Of a stretch of 64,000 bases of DNA, positions 50,702 to 60,662 are shown one piece after another. Each line of letters opens with the position of its first letter. Position 1 is the first letter of the stretch. Position numbers and translations under genes: made by a program. Source of the DNA: Tolypothrix carrinoi HA7290-LM1 (GTDB taxonomy: Bacteria; Cyanobacteriota; Cyanobacteriia; Cyanobacteriales; Nostocaceae); assembly GCA_019358935.1 (NCBI GenBank), contig JAHHIK010000028.1, forward strand, positions 1 to 64,000, given 5' to 3'. The notes beneath the pieces were generated by a model. That model made no database searches. It was not told the DNA's origin and saw nothing but the letters and a program-made list of their open reading frames with translations.

Positions 50702-51733
50702 ATGAAATTAGCTATCAATAAAATTCATCTTGGCGATGCACGCGATTTGTTAGCTAAGGTGGAGTTAAACTCTATTGCTTGCAGTGTGTGGTCTCCACCT
50801 TACTTTGTCGGGAAGCAATATGAAAAATATTTGTCTTATGAAGAATGGATTTCGCTACTGAGAGCAGTGATTCGCCACCATCAATTTCTGCTTAAACCAG
50901 GGGGATTTTTAGTTATTAATATTGCTGATATCCTCTGCTTTGCAGATGAATCAATGCCTCGAATTCAAGCACAGAATATAAGACGACAGCGATGTACTGT
51001 TACCCGCGAAGATGTACTTCAGGCTAAAGCGCATCATCCAGACTACAACCGATATGATCTGGCAAAACTTCTTGGTTGCAGTGAACAAACTATTGATCGT
51101 AGGCTAAACGGTAATAATATTCGAGGTGGAAAGTATAATACCCAGACACGAGTTCATCTAGTAGGTAGCATCATTGAGAGTGCGGCAACAGAAGCAGGTT
51201 TGTACCTTTACGATCGCCGCGTTTGGGTGAAGGATGCAGCGTGGGAAAACTCTAAATGGCATACTTTGTCTTACAGATCCGTCGATGAGTTTGAGTATCT
51301 TTATTTTTTCTGGAAACCTGGTGAAACAGTTGTAGATCGTCACAGGCTAACGCCAGATGAGTGGGTAGAGTGGGGATCTCGTGGCGTGTGGAATATTCCC
51401 TCTGTTCGTGCCAACAATGACCACGAAGCGAAGTTTCCCATCGAGCTGCCCCGACGTATCATCAAGCTTCTAACAGATCCAGGAGATATCGTACTTGATT
51501 GTTTTATGGGAAGCGGTTCAAGTGCTGTAGCTGCGATCCGAGAGAAACGAAATTATATCGGCATTGAGCTTGAGCCAAAGTACGTTGAAATAGCTACTAG
51601 GTCATGTGTACAAGAAAGCGAGAAGATGGCATTATTTGCCCAGAGCAACATTAATAAAGGCTCTCAACCAAATGAACATACTGCCATACAGTTAAACGGA
51701 CACAAACAGCTTTCTTTATTAAACGAGGTGTAG
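50702..51733 (+). CDS. Beta-class amino (likely N4-cytosine) DNA methyltransferase of the RM system
   Basis: WSPPYFVGK, HEAKFP.ELP and VLDCFMGSGS motifs; stop abuts the REase stop. Confidence 0.9.
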   Translation: MKLAINKIHLGDARDLLAKVELNSIACSVWSPPYFVGKQYEKYLSYEEWISLLRAVIRHHQFLLKPGGFLVINIADILCFADESMPRIQAQNIRRQRCTVTREDVLQAKAHHPDYNRYDLAKLLGCSEQTIDRRLNGNNIRGGKYNTQTRVHLVGSIIESAATEAGLYLYDRRVWVKDAAWENSKWHTLSYRSVDEFEYLYFFWKPGETVVDRHRLTPDEWVEWGSRGVWNIPSVRANNDHEAKFPIELPRRIIKLLTDPGDIVLDCFMGSGSSAVAAIREKRNYIGIELEPKYVEIATRSCVQESEKMALFAQSNINKGSQPNEHTAIQLNGHKQLSLLNEV

Positions 51734-52591
51734 TTACTTCATTGGCAGACGAGGGACGACTTTCCACTCATCATCGCTTAGTATAATCTTCTGGCAACGC
51801 CATCCATCACTAATAGATGCCAGGGGATCAAGACGCACACGTATTCGTTTAACGTGTTCGGGAGTATCTTTAGTGTCTTTCCCTGGAATTAGTAAACCAG
51901 GCGTTCGAGCATACATCAGTCCATCAAACATCAACAATCCATTGGGAACACACACTACTTCCAGGTAATGCAACGGCTGTACGCCAAAATCCTCAACAAC
52001 ATAAACAACCTTAAGAAAGTACGTCAGGCAGAGTCTCTCGGTTCCATCCAAGACATAAAACGGTGGTAACTTAGGTTGAAAGATAATGGATCTGCGCTTG
52101 CCGACAACAGGAAAAGGCTTGTTTAGCATCCCAGTATCCCAAAAAGCACCGTCCCCGGATATTTGTTGTGGAGGAACAACAACTTCATCAGTGTTGTCAT
52201 TGGGTCCGGTCATCTTGACATCAAAATGAATGAGCGCATCTTCAGTTGCAAAGCGGACATCACCACCGAATGGAAGACCAGGAAAAGTAATGGCTATATG
52301 AGTTTGAGAGATGGCACGCACAAGATTAAAACTGAGTGACTTCTCACCCACCTCGCTCCAAGGAATAGATTTTCCCGTCGGTTTTCTGCCACGTTGTCTC
52401 GGAGCATAGTCTATCCAGAACGGTAAAAGGTCATTCGCTCTACCAAAATCGTTGTACAAATTACTTGCAGCCTTGAGGGTAACGCCCACTAAAAAATCCA
52501 TGTATTTCTGTTCTTGGGCGATAATATCATCTTGCTTTAGGAGTAACTTCGAGCGAATAGCAGCACAATCAGCTTGGGTCAACACGATCAA
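51734..52591 (-). CDS. Type II restriction endonuclease, BglI-like
   Basis: PFW..Y.P..RG..P.G..IPW.EVGEK, GLP.G.D.R, D.K..GP.D, Q.SG.G, VPNGL, PGKD and KR.RV.L match BglI as recalled; start may be GTG 52585. Confidence 0.85.
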   Translation of the reverse strand: MIVLTQADCAAIRSKLLLKQDDIIAQEQKYMDFLVGVTLKAASNLYNDFGRANDLLPFWIDYAPRQRGRKPTGKSIPWSEVGEKSLSFNLVRAISQTHIAITFPGLPFGGDVRFATEDALIHFDVKMTGPNDNTDEVVVPPQQISGDGAFWDTGMLNKPFPVVGKRRSIIFQPKLPPFYVLDGTERLCLTYFLKVVYVVEDFGVQPLHYLEVVCVPNGLLMFDGLMYARTPGLLIPGKDTKDTPEHVKRIRVRLDPLASISDGWRCQKIILSDDEWKVVPRLPMK

Positions 52592-52805
52592 GTTCCTGAA
52601 AAAGTTGAGCTAATGTTAACCCAAGTGCCTGGGCGATTTTATTTGCTGTTTCAATGGTGATCGTTTTTTCGCCACGCTCAATAAAGCCTATGTAAGTACG
52701 ATGTAACCCACATAAGTCTGCAAATTCCTCCTGTGACATTTTGGTTTGAAGGCGAAGTTGTCGAATCAGAATACCTAGCCTTACAGCTAGGGGTTTTTCT
52801 TCCAT
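52569..52805 (-). CDS. RM controller (C) protein, HTH-XRE
   Basis: SQEEFADLCGLHRTYIGFIERGEK; overlaps the REase start. Confidence 0.9.
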   Translation of the reverse strand: MEEKPLAVRLGILIRQLRLQTKMSQEEFADLCGLHRTYIGFIERGEKTITIETANKIAQALGLTLAQLFQELDRVDPS

Positions 52806-52829
52806 AATGTTGAGAACATAAGGGAGAGT

Positions 52830-52861
52830 AAGTTAAAGGTCTACATACTATAGATAGCATT
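52830..52861 (-). promoter_or_regulatory. C-box operator
   Basis: Minus strand AATGCTATCTATAGTATGTAGACCTTTAACTT resembles PvuII/AhdI-type C-boxes; followed by a -10-like TATGTT 9 nt before the ATG. Confidence 0.65.
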
Positions 52862-52917
52862 AATTGGTACATAACACTTGGTTGGACTCTTCACGCCCTG
52901 CGATCGCGCTTCTTTCA

Positions 52918-55900
52918 TCAGTTCCACCTTTTGAAATTTTTCCGTAAATAACGCAACCGCATTAAGACAGGCTTTGCCCACTTCCCAGGTTGAAATTCAT
53001 GCAGGAGAATGTACAAACAAGGGATGATAAATAAAGTCATCAAAGTAGCGATCGCCATTCCAAAGAAAACGACAATCCCCAACGGTTGCAAAAACTCTGA
53101 GCCTTCGCCAATGCCCAAAGCTAAAGGAAACAGTCCTAAAATGGTAGTGACTGTAGTCATCATAATCGGGCGCAAGCGTTGCGGAGCGGCTTTGAGGATG
53201 GCGATTTGACGAGTACAATTTTCTTCTTCGCGAATTTGGTTCGCTGATTCCACCATCAAGATACCCGCATTTACCACAATTCCCACTAGCAAGACTACAC
53301 CAACGATTACCGTAGCACCAATCGCAGTTTTAGTAATGTAAAGTCCAAAAATCCCGCCGGCTAACGCTAGCGGTACAGTAAACATGATTACTAACGGATC
53401 GAGCAGCGAATTGTATTGTACAGCCATAACGACGAAGATGAGGAAAACTGCTAAAGCTCCTAAAGTTTTCAAAGCATCTTGAAGTTGTTGATTAGTTTCT
53501 TGAGCGGAACTAGGAACAATCGAAACGCCTTCAGGTAATTTTATACTTTGGAGTACTTGATTCACTTCGGCGAGCGCTTCACCAAGACTCGCTTCCTCGC
53601 TCAGGTTGCCTGCAATAATAAAAGCTTGACGTTGATTAATTCGCTGCACTTCACCAGGAGCTTGACCTTCTTCAATTCGGGCAACATCCAAAAGGCGAAT
53701 TTGTTTGTTATTTTCTGTAAATAGCGGTAATCCTTCGAGCTGAGAGGGACGCTGAATTGCTTCAGTATTTAGTTGCACCCGCACATCAACCAAACGGTTG
53801 CCGCGTTGAATTTGCGTGGGAACTGAACCTTCAATTGCTGTCTGAATGGTTGCACCAATTTGTTGTGCCGTCAGTCCTAGGTCTGCAACTCGTTCCCAAT
53901 CGGGACGAATTTGTATTTCTGGTTGCCGGGGATCGGCATCTGGTCGGAATTTAGCTGATGTTGCTTTTTCTTCTAAAGCTTGCAGGACTTGAGCGCCAGC
54001 TTGTCGTAATTTTTCTTCATCTTCACTTTGCAGGATAACATCAATTTCCGATCCTTGCGCTGGGGTATTACTCAAGATTAAACCGCGCACCTGACCGGGA
54101 CTCAGACGCAAGAGAATTCCTGCCAAGTTGAGTTTGTTTAATTGCTGAGTAACTTTTTGAACGTACTTTTCTACATCTGTGCCTTCTTTAAGATTGATGG
54201 TGCTGCTTGCCCGTAAAGGATTTTCGCTAGTATTATTACCAAATAAAGAACCGCCTACTGTGGTGAAAGCATACTCAGTTTCTGGTTGTTTCATCAAAAT
54301 GTCATCGACAACTTGCATCACTTTTTGAGAAGTTACCAAAGGTGTACCGGGTGGAAACTGCGCTCTCAAGTTGGCTTGTCCGGTACTGATGCGGGGTAAA
54401 ATTTCTTGGGGAATTTGACCAACCATGAAAAAGCTGCTACCACCGAGAATCAGCAAAGCAGCGGTGACTACAATTAAGCGAAAGCGTAAAATCTTTCTTA
54501 AAAAGCTGGCGTACAAGCGCGTAGCATCTTCAAAACGGCGATTAAACTGTCTAAGCAGCCAAAATTTACTTATACCACTAGACCAACGGATTGCCAGCAG
54601 TCGAGAAGTTAGCATTGGGACGACTGTAACAGCAACGACTAGGGAAGCAGCTACGGCAAAGGCAATTGTCAGAATCAGTTCATTAAATAATAGTGAGATA
54701 AAGCCACCAATTAAGAGAAATGGTACGACAGAAACCAAGTTAGCGGCAGTAGCAGCAACTAACGCCGATTCTACTTCTTGGGAAGAAGCGATCGCACTTT
54801 CAATAAAGAATTTTGAATTCTCCTTGTCCCCAAGTCTCCTTGTCTCCTTATCTCCCTCTCTCTGGTTGGGAGTTTTGCCGGCTTTTTCGGAAATATTTTC
54901 TAAAATGACAACCGATGTATCAATTGCTTGACCAATTCCTAAAGTCAGACCTGCTAAACTAAATACATTTAAACTCAAGCCAAACAATTTCATCATGGCG
55001 ATCGCTGCTAAACTACACAGCGGAATTGCCAGACTAATAATAAATGTTTGTCGTAATGACCCCAAAAATAACAGCACTGCTGCTGCTGCCAACAATGCTC
55101 CAGAAATCGCATTAAAAATTACATCATTTAAAGAATTGCGGATGAAGCGAGATTCATCTGTGGTGGCGGTCAAAACCATATCCGCTGGGATTAACCCTGA
55201 CTGTCGCAGTTGTTCAATCCGCTGCTTCACGCCATCTACAACCGTAATTGTGTTAGCATCAGGCTGCTTTTGGACGGACAATTTCACCGCTGGCTGACGG
55301 TTGAGGTAGACAGATACTCGTTGGTCTTCTGTGCCGTCAATTACCTCGGCAAAGTCTCGCAGATAGACGCGACGGGAGGGAGGAGGGGGAGTGGTGGAAG
55401 TGGGGGAAGAGACTTCAAGCGAGAGGTTTTCAATTTCCTTAGCATCTCGGAATCTGCCGACGGTGCGCGTTAATGGCTCGGAATTCTGCCCCAAAATCCG
55501 ACCGCCAGAAGTATCTTGGTTACGCTCTGTTAGTTCATCGAGTACATCGGTTAAGCCAATATTTAATGCTTGTAGACGGTTTAAGTCAACCAGCACTCGC
55601 ACTTCTTCTTCTGCCGCACCAGATACATCAACTGCGGCGACTCCTGGTATAACACTGAGTTCCCGCGATAATTCTTCATCGGCAAACACGCGTAAATCTT
55701 TACCTTGAAGTGAGGTAGATGTCAGTGCTAATTCGTAAATTGGTAATTGGGAGGGATCGACTTTAAATAAGCGTGGCTCTTCGATGGTCTCTGGTAACTG
55801 TCCTCTGCCTCGGTTAAAAGCTGCGGTAGCATCGTTGAGAGCCTGGTCAATATCGCCTCCGGGTTCAAAGAATAAATCGAGGCTGACCTGTCCTTCACGA

Positions 55901-56175
55901 GTGCGGGAAAAAACTTGTACTACATTCTCGGTTGCGGATAAAGCTTCTTCTAGGGGTCTGGTGATTTCATCTACTGCTACTTCGGGGGAAATACCCGGTG
56001 CTTCTAGCCGCACACCAATTCGCGGGTAGGTAATTGCTGGCAAAAGGTCTACTTGGATGGTTGTCATAAAGTATATCCCCATGACAATCACTGCTAGGGT
56101 GAGCATGAGTGTGCCGATATGTTGGCGGATAGCGATCGCGCTAATACTTAATCCGCTTACTTTAGCTTGCTGCAT
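52918..56175 (-). CDS. RND efflux permease (AcrB/AcrD/AcrF family)
   Basis: DLLPAITYP, LNVFSLAGL, GIVVNAGILMV and RLRPIMMTT motifs. Confidence 0.96.
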   Translation of the reverse strand: MQQAKVSGLSISAIAIRQHIGTLMLTLAVIVMGIYFMTTIQVDLLPAITYPRIGVRLEAPGISPEVAVDEITRPLEEALSATENVVQVFSRTREGQVSLDLFFEPGGDIDQALNDATAAFNRGRGQLPETIEEPRLFKVDPSQLPIYELALTSTSLQGKDLRVFADEELSRELSVIPGVAAVDVSGAAEEEVRVLVDLNRLQALNIGLTDVLDELTERNQDTSGGRILGQNSEPLTRTVGRFRDAKEIENLSLEVSSPTSTTPPPPSRRVYLRDFAEVIDGTEDQRVSVYLNRQPAVKLSVQKQPDANTITVVDGVKQRIEQLRQSGLIPADMVLTATTDESRFIRNSLNDVIFNAISGALLAAAAVLLFLGSLRQTFIISLAIPLCSLAAIAMMKLFGLSLNVFSLAGLTLGIGQAIDTSVVILENISEKAGKTPNQREGDKETRRLGDKENSKFFIESAIASSQEVESALVAATAANLVSVVPFLLIGGFISLLFNELILTIAFAVAASLVVAVTVVPMLTSRLLAIRWSSGISKFWLLRQFNRRFEDATRLYASFLRKILRFRLIVVTAALLILGGSSFFMVGQIPQEILPRISTGQANLRAQFPPGTPLVTSQKVMQVVDDILMKQPETEYAFTTVGGSLFGNNTSENPLRASSTINLKEGTDVEKYVQKVTQQLNKLNLAGILLRLSPGQVRGLILSNTPAQGSEIDVILQSEDEEKLRQAGAQVLQALEEKATSAKFRPDADPRQPEIQIRPDWERVADLGLTAQQIGATIQTAIEGSVPTQIQRGNRLVDVRVQLNTEAIQRPSQLEGLPLFTENNKQIRLLDVARIEEGQAPGEVQRINQRQAFIIAGNLSEEASLGEALAEVNQVLQSIKLPEGVSIVPSSAQETNQQLQDALKTLGALAVFLIFVVMAVQYNSLLDPLVIMFTVPLALAGGIFGLYITKTAIGATVIVGVVLLVGIVVNAGILMVESANQIREEENCTRQIAILKAAPQRLRPIMMTTVTTILGLFPLALGIGEGSEFLQPLGIVVFFGMAIATLMTLFIIPCLYILLHEFQPGKWAKPVLMRLRYLRKNFKRWN

Positions 56176-56227
56176 CTGTCGCTCCGCTCCAATTCAAAAT
56201 GCAAAATTCAAAATTCAAAATTAATTT

Positions 56228-57637
56228 TTAATTTCTTTTAGCGCTTGATGGTTTCTCGGAAATAATCGAAATCCGCACATCTTGCCCATCTTTTAACGGA
56301 TTACCACTCCGCACCACATAAGATTCTCCCGGTTTTAAGCCGGATAAAATTTCTACTTTGCTGTCGGCTCTTTCTCCTAGCGTCACGGTTCTAGCTGTAA
56401 CTTTTGGTTTACCATCTGTGTTATTTATGACAAATACTGTACCGTTGCGATTTTGGTTTGGGGTTTCTCTGTTGGTGGGAGAGGGCGGGGAAACCCCGCC
56501 GCTACGTTGTGTTTGTGCGTTTTGTTGTGCCTGAATCGCTGTTTGGGGTATGACTACTCGCTGTTGTGCGGTGCTTTGAAAATTCACCCGCGCTAGCAAT
56601 CCGCTGCCAATTTTGCCATCAGTGTTGGGAATTTCCACCTCAACTGGCACTAAGCGAGCTGTTACATCTGCGGCTGGGGAAATGCGTATTACTCGACCGG
56701 TGTATTTTTTATTTGGAAAGGCATCTAAACTGACTTCCACAGATTGTCCAAGTTGAATTTTTCCCAGTTCTAATTCCGAAACTTGAACGACAACTTTCGC
56801 ACGGCTAAAGTCACCTATTTTCAAGATTTCATTCCCAGGTTGAACAAGATTGCCCGGTTCTGTGACTTTTTCTGTGATTACGCCGGCAATGGGAGATATC
56901 AGCTTTGCATAAGACCGGCGCTCTTTGGCTTCAGCAACTAATGCTTGTTGGGCAACAACTCGACCTTGAGCTGCGGCAACGGCTTGCTGTTCTGTCCGGA
57001 CTTGCTCAGTAGCTGCACGGAGTACTTGGGCAGCAGTTCGCGCTTCTGTTTGTGATTGTTCGGCGGCTTGTAGGGCGATCGCTCCTTCTTTTAATAGCTT
57101 CTGTTGCCGTTGTGAGTCTGCTTGTGCTTGTACTAATACTAGTCTTAATCGTTCTACTTCTGCACGCGCATTACTTACCTGAGTTCTCGCTCTTGCTACT
57201 TCTGATTTTAAAGATGCTAATTCCGCTTCTGCTTGCTTTAATGCTGTTAATAATAAGGCATCATCTAATTGTCCGATGACTTGCCCGCTTTTGACGGCAC
57301 TGCCAATATCTACATTTAATGCTAAAAGTCGTCCTTCAACTTGCGATCGCAGCGACACAACCCGAAATGCATTCGTAGTGCCTGTATACTCTGGTTGTTG
57401 TCGCAGCAATTCTGTGCGGGCGATCGCTACATCTACTGCCGTTGCATTATTACCCTGTTCCTTACCACTACCACGCTGAGATTGTGCGTCAGCCGACTCT
57501 TTGGGAAGTGAGCCGCAACTCATCGTTAACAGTCCTACTCCTAACACACAGGCAATTAATTTGATAGAGGATACGGGAGAATCGGGAGAAAGAGTTATCT
57601 GTTTACCTCCTTGTCTCCTTGTGTACTTATGCGGCAT
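56228..57637 (-). CDS. RND periplasmic adaptor (membrane fusion protein)
   Basis: LTMSC lipobox, RSQVEGR, SPIAGVI, RISPAAD and EILSGL.PGE motifs; start uncertain. Confidence 0.92.
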   Translation of the reverse strand: MPHKYTRRQGGKQITLSPDSPVSSIKLIACVLGVGLLTMSCGSLPKESADAQSQRGSGKEQGNNATAVDVAIARTELLRQQPEYTGTTNAFRVVSLRSQVEGRLLALNVDIGSAVKSGQVIGQLDDALLLTALKQAEAELASLKSEVARARTQVSNARAEVERLRLVLVQAQADSQRQQKLLKEGAIALQAAEQSQTEARTAAQVLRAATEQVRTEQQAVAAAQGRVVAQQALVAEAKERRSYAKLISPIAGVITEKVTEPGNLVQPGNEILKIGDFSRAKVVVQVSELELGKIQLGQSVEVSLDAFPNKKYTGRVIRISPAADVTARLVPVEVEIPNTDGKIGSGLLARVNFQSTAQQRVVIPQTAIQAQQNAQTQRSGGVSPPSPTNRETPNQNRNGTVFVINNTDGKPKVTARTVTLGERADSKVEILSGLKPGESYVVRSGNPLKDGQDVRISIISEKPSSAKRN

Positions 57638-58140
57638 ATTTCTGTCCAAAATCAATTTTTTGCTATATTGGGGCGGTTTTAAGCTAAGACAGCCGTTTAT
57701 TACCAAGTAATCTTGATATATATCACTTATAAAAAAAGGCAAGAAAGCATAAGTCTGCTATCGTACTTCATTTTGTAGGAGAAATCACTGCTTTTTGCAA
57801 AACAATGTTTCCATTAATACATATTTTTATGGGAACTAGAAAAAATAGATTCTAGATGAATTTATGCATTTACTGGCTAATTATAAAGATTTTTTAACTA
57901 AGCTTTACTCTGCCCCTAGTTAGAAAACTCTAACTACTGATTCGTGACTTTTTTCACTTCTATCTTTTGGCTTAAACTACTAGAAATTTTTTATTTCTCG
58001 CGTTGTAGCGAAACTATCAGTAATTCTCGGATAATAGTGTTTAAATTAAGAAAAGTAAAGAAGTTAGATATTTAGTCCAAACATAATGTAGTTGTCTGGA
58101 CACCTGATTGTATATTGACATTGCGCGAGGAAGGCAACCT

Positions 58141-58677
58141 GTGACATCACCGCTATATTTTGCACAAACTGCTGAAGAATCCCAGATTACAGAGTTTTTT
58201 ATGGAATCGGTGGGACAGTGGCGTTCTGAACGGCGCTATTATACTCTCCCGGAGGGAGAAACAAAGGAGATGGTGAGTATAATTACCATCCGTTTTTTAG
58301 AGCCGGGATGTGACGAGTTGCTTCATCTGGCGAGGATGCATAATTTGCCAGATATCGCAAGTTTAATTTGCGGTACGCACGTCAGTTGGGATACAAATTC
58401 AGTGACGGGAAAAAAGGAATCTAAAGGTTCAACGCTGTTTGGTGCTTTAGGAAGCACTTTATATCGCGATCGCGGTTTTGCCACATCCAAACCAGTTACC
58501 GCGCAATATTATTTCCCCAACCCGAAAACTTTATGTTTGCGAACCGAGTACAATAATTCAGTATTCGAGGAAGAATTAAAGCTAATTGGTGAAAAATACC
58601 GCACACGTCAATCAATTATCTCTCGTGCAGGTGAACAATTGATGATTGGGCAGTATTTAGAAAAAAGAATTGATTAA
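58141..58677 (+). CDS. CpcS/CpeS-family phycobiliprotein lyase
   Basis: EFF..SVG.WRSERRYY, LYRDRGFA and TEY...FEEE motifs. Confidence 0.85.
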   Translation: MTSPLYFAQTAEESQITEFFMESVGQWRSERRYYTLPEGETKEMVSIITIRFLEPGCDELLHLARMHNLPDIASLICGTHVSWDTNSVTGKKESKGSTLFGALGSTLYRDRGFATSKPVTAQYYFPNPKTLCLRTEYNNSVFEEELKLIGEKYRTRQSIISRAGEQLMIGQYLEKRID

Positions 58678-58764
58678 CGTAGTAGAGACGTTCCACACCG
58701 AACGTCTCTACTCGTGGTATGTTTAGTCTTTGACATAAGCGATGAATCGCTTACTACGAAAAAA

Positions 58765-59331
58765 TTATGCGCTTGTAGCTTCAGATTGATTTAGTGCCGA
58801 ACGCGCATTCAATGACAATCCGACGCGGGAAACACCGGTGAAGAGAACGCTGACACCGACAAGCGTACCGATGAGCCAAGGTGCATTGAAGGGCCATTGG
58901 AACCAAATCATTGCGCCTAATATCAAAGTGATGATACCATCACCAAGTACCCAAGTCCAGTTTTGTTGCGGACGCAAGCGGAATGCAAGGATTAGCTCGA
59001 ATACGCCTTCAGTTAACAAAAAGCTACCTAATAACAGAGTTAATGTGAGAATACCATTGAGAGGGTAAACAAACAGCATTATACCTGTGGCAATGTAAAG
59101 TCCGCTCAATAAAAGCTTCCAAACAAAGCCTCCTTGATTGCGAGTTTCAGTAGCGTAGACTAGTTTGGCAAATCCTGAAGAGATGAGAATCAAGGCAAAC
59201 CAAGTCTCAGCGAAAATTGTTGAGACAGTAGGTAAAGCGATCGCCACAATTCCTAAAACAATTAAAAGAACGCCAATTACTAGCGATCGATTAACATTCT
59301 TTTTGACATCACCAGAAACGTTGGTTGTCAT
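58765..59331 (-). CDS. HdeD/DUF308 family membrane protein
   Basis: GVLLIVLG..AI..P and W.IGTLVG.S..F.G motifs; several TM helices. Confidence 0.88.
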   Translation of the reverse strand: MTTNVSGDVKKNVNRSLVIGVLLIVLGIVAIALPTVSTIFAETWFALILISSGFAKLVYATETRNQGGFVWKLLLSGLYIATGIMLFVYPLNGILTLTLLLGSFLLTEGVFELILAFRLRPQQNWTWVLGDGIITLILGAMIWFQWPFNAPWLIGTLVGVSVLFTGVSRVGLSLNARSALNQSEATSA

Positions 59332-59430
59332 ACAATTTTTTCCCTGTGTTTTGTGTTGATACAATTAGGCTAGGGAATTTCTGAACAACTTACGACAACC
59401 CTAAGATATACGTCATTTAGTTTAGATGTA

Positions 59431-59775
59431 TTGACACTCTCCGACCTGAAGGTACGGAGATTCTTGCTTCATCCGTCCTCCCTAGGTATCAAAGTCCGAA
59501 AACCTAAATACCCCCGTTTAGATACGTCCACAAGCGCACACGGACAAGCCACTCCCTTGCGGGGGTTCCCCCCGTTGTGGGAAGTGGCGCTGCCCGACCG
59601 CGTTTGGAATGATTTAATCGATTCTTTTTCCTCTTTCCTACACTATGTCGCACGCAGCTGAGCATTGTAGTCGGGGAGTACCCAATCTTGGCTATCTAGG
59701 CGTATTATCGCATTGCCAACTTGATTCTAGCACAAAACCGGTACTAAAGGACGGGGCTTTAAACCCATTTTTTCG
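59431..59775 (-). mobile_element. Non-autonomous IS200/IS605-family derivative (no tnpA or tnpB ORF)
   Basis: Minus strand: TTAC | CGAAAAAATGGGTTTAAAGCCCCGTCC left end ... GAATCTCCGTACCTTCAGGTCGGAGAGTG-TCAA right-end hairpin. Confidence 0.78.
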
Positions 59776-59859
59776 GTAAACATTAAATTGATGTAGGGTG
59801 CGTTACTACGTTAACGCACCCTACTACTACTACAATATGTGTGAATTGTTCAAAGGCAC

Positions 59860-60432
59860 TCAGGGCAATTCTAGTTGTAGTTCAAAACCGGGCAAAACCT
59901 CTTCACCCGAAAGCAGTGCTGGAAGTTGAACTATTTCTACAGGCTGATTTTGTCGATAAATCTCCACTTGCCGATCTTGAAAATTAATCAACCAACCTAA
60001 GCGCAAGCCATTTTCCAGGTATTCTTGCATTTTATCTTGCAGACGTTGGAGGCGGTCAGTTTCCGAACGAAGTTCTATGATAAAATCTGGTATAATCGGG
60101 GGGAATTTTTTGCGTTCATCTGAAGTTAGTGCTTCCCATCGCTCTAATTTTACCCAAGCGGCATCAGGCGATCGCTTTGCCCCATTCGGAAGCCTGAAGA
60201 TAGTCGAGGAACTGAAAACCTTTCCCAATCTGGTTTGACGGTTCCAATTATTCAAGTCTGTAATGAAGTCCGCTTCTTTATTTCCGCTTTCTCCTCCGAC
60301 TGGTGGCACAATAATTAATTCTCCTTTTGCATTCAATTCCAGGTTCAACTCTCGGTTTGCGGTGCAAAGTTGATAAAATTGCTCATCATTTAGGTGAACA
60401 ATTGGTTCTAGATTTAGGACAATTGTGTTCAT
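59860..60432 (-). CDS. Uma2 (DUF820) family endonuclease-fold protein
   Basis: GELIIVPPVGGESG, RSPDAAW, PDFIIELRS and LGWLIN motifs. Confidence 0.93.
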   Translation of the reverse strand: MNTIVLNLEPIVHLNDEQFYQLCTANRELNLELNAKGELIIVPPVGGESGNKEADFITDLNNWNRQTRLGKVFSSSTIFRLPNGAKRSPDAAWVKLERWEALTSDERKKFPPIIPDFIIELRSETDRLQRLQDKMQEYLENGLRLGWLINFQDRQVEIYRQNQPVEIVQLPALLSGEEVLPGFELQLELP

Positions 60433-60662
60433 TGAACTACCTTTGCGTATAGCAGTAACTGAGATTATTTATATATAGCAATCATATTTGAGTTGAAATT
60501 TCGGAAAATCAAACCGCATTAATATCGCCCTCAGGCTGGAAGCCGCTGGCTATACAAACGAAGCCCGCCTTCGCGGGCTTTAATCTCATAGCCCGCGAAG
60601 GCGGGCTTTGTTCGTGTAGCGTCACCCTTCTAGGGTGATGGCGATATGTTGCAAAATGTGTA

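Noticed and set aside
59431..59661. 76-aa ORF within the IS605-derived element
   Set aside because: Antisense to the element, crosses a nested palindrome, and has no TnpA or TnpB motifs
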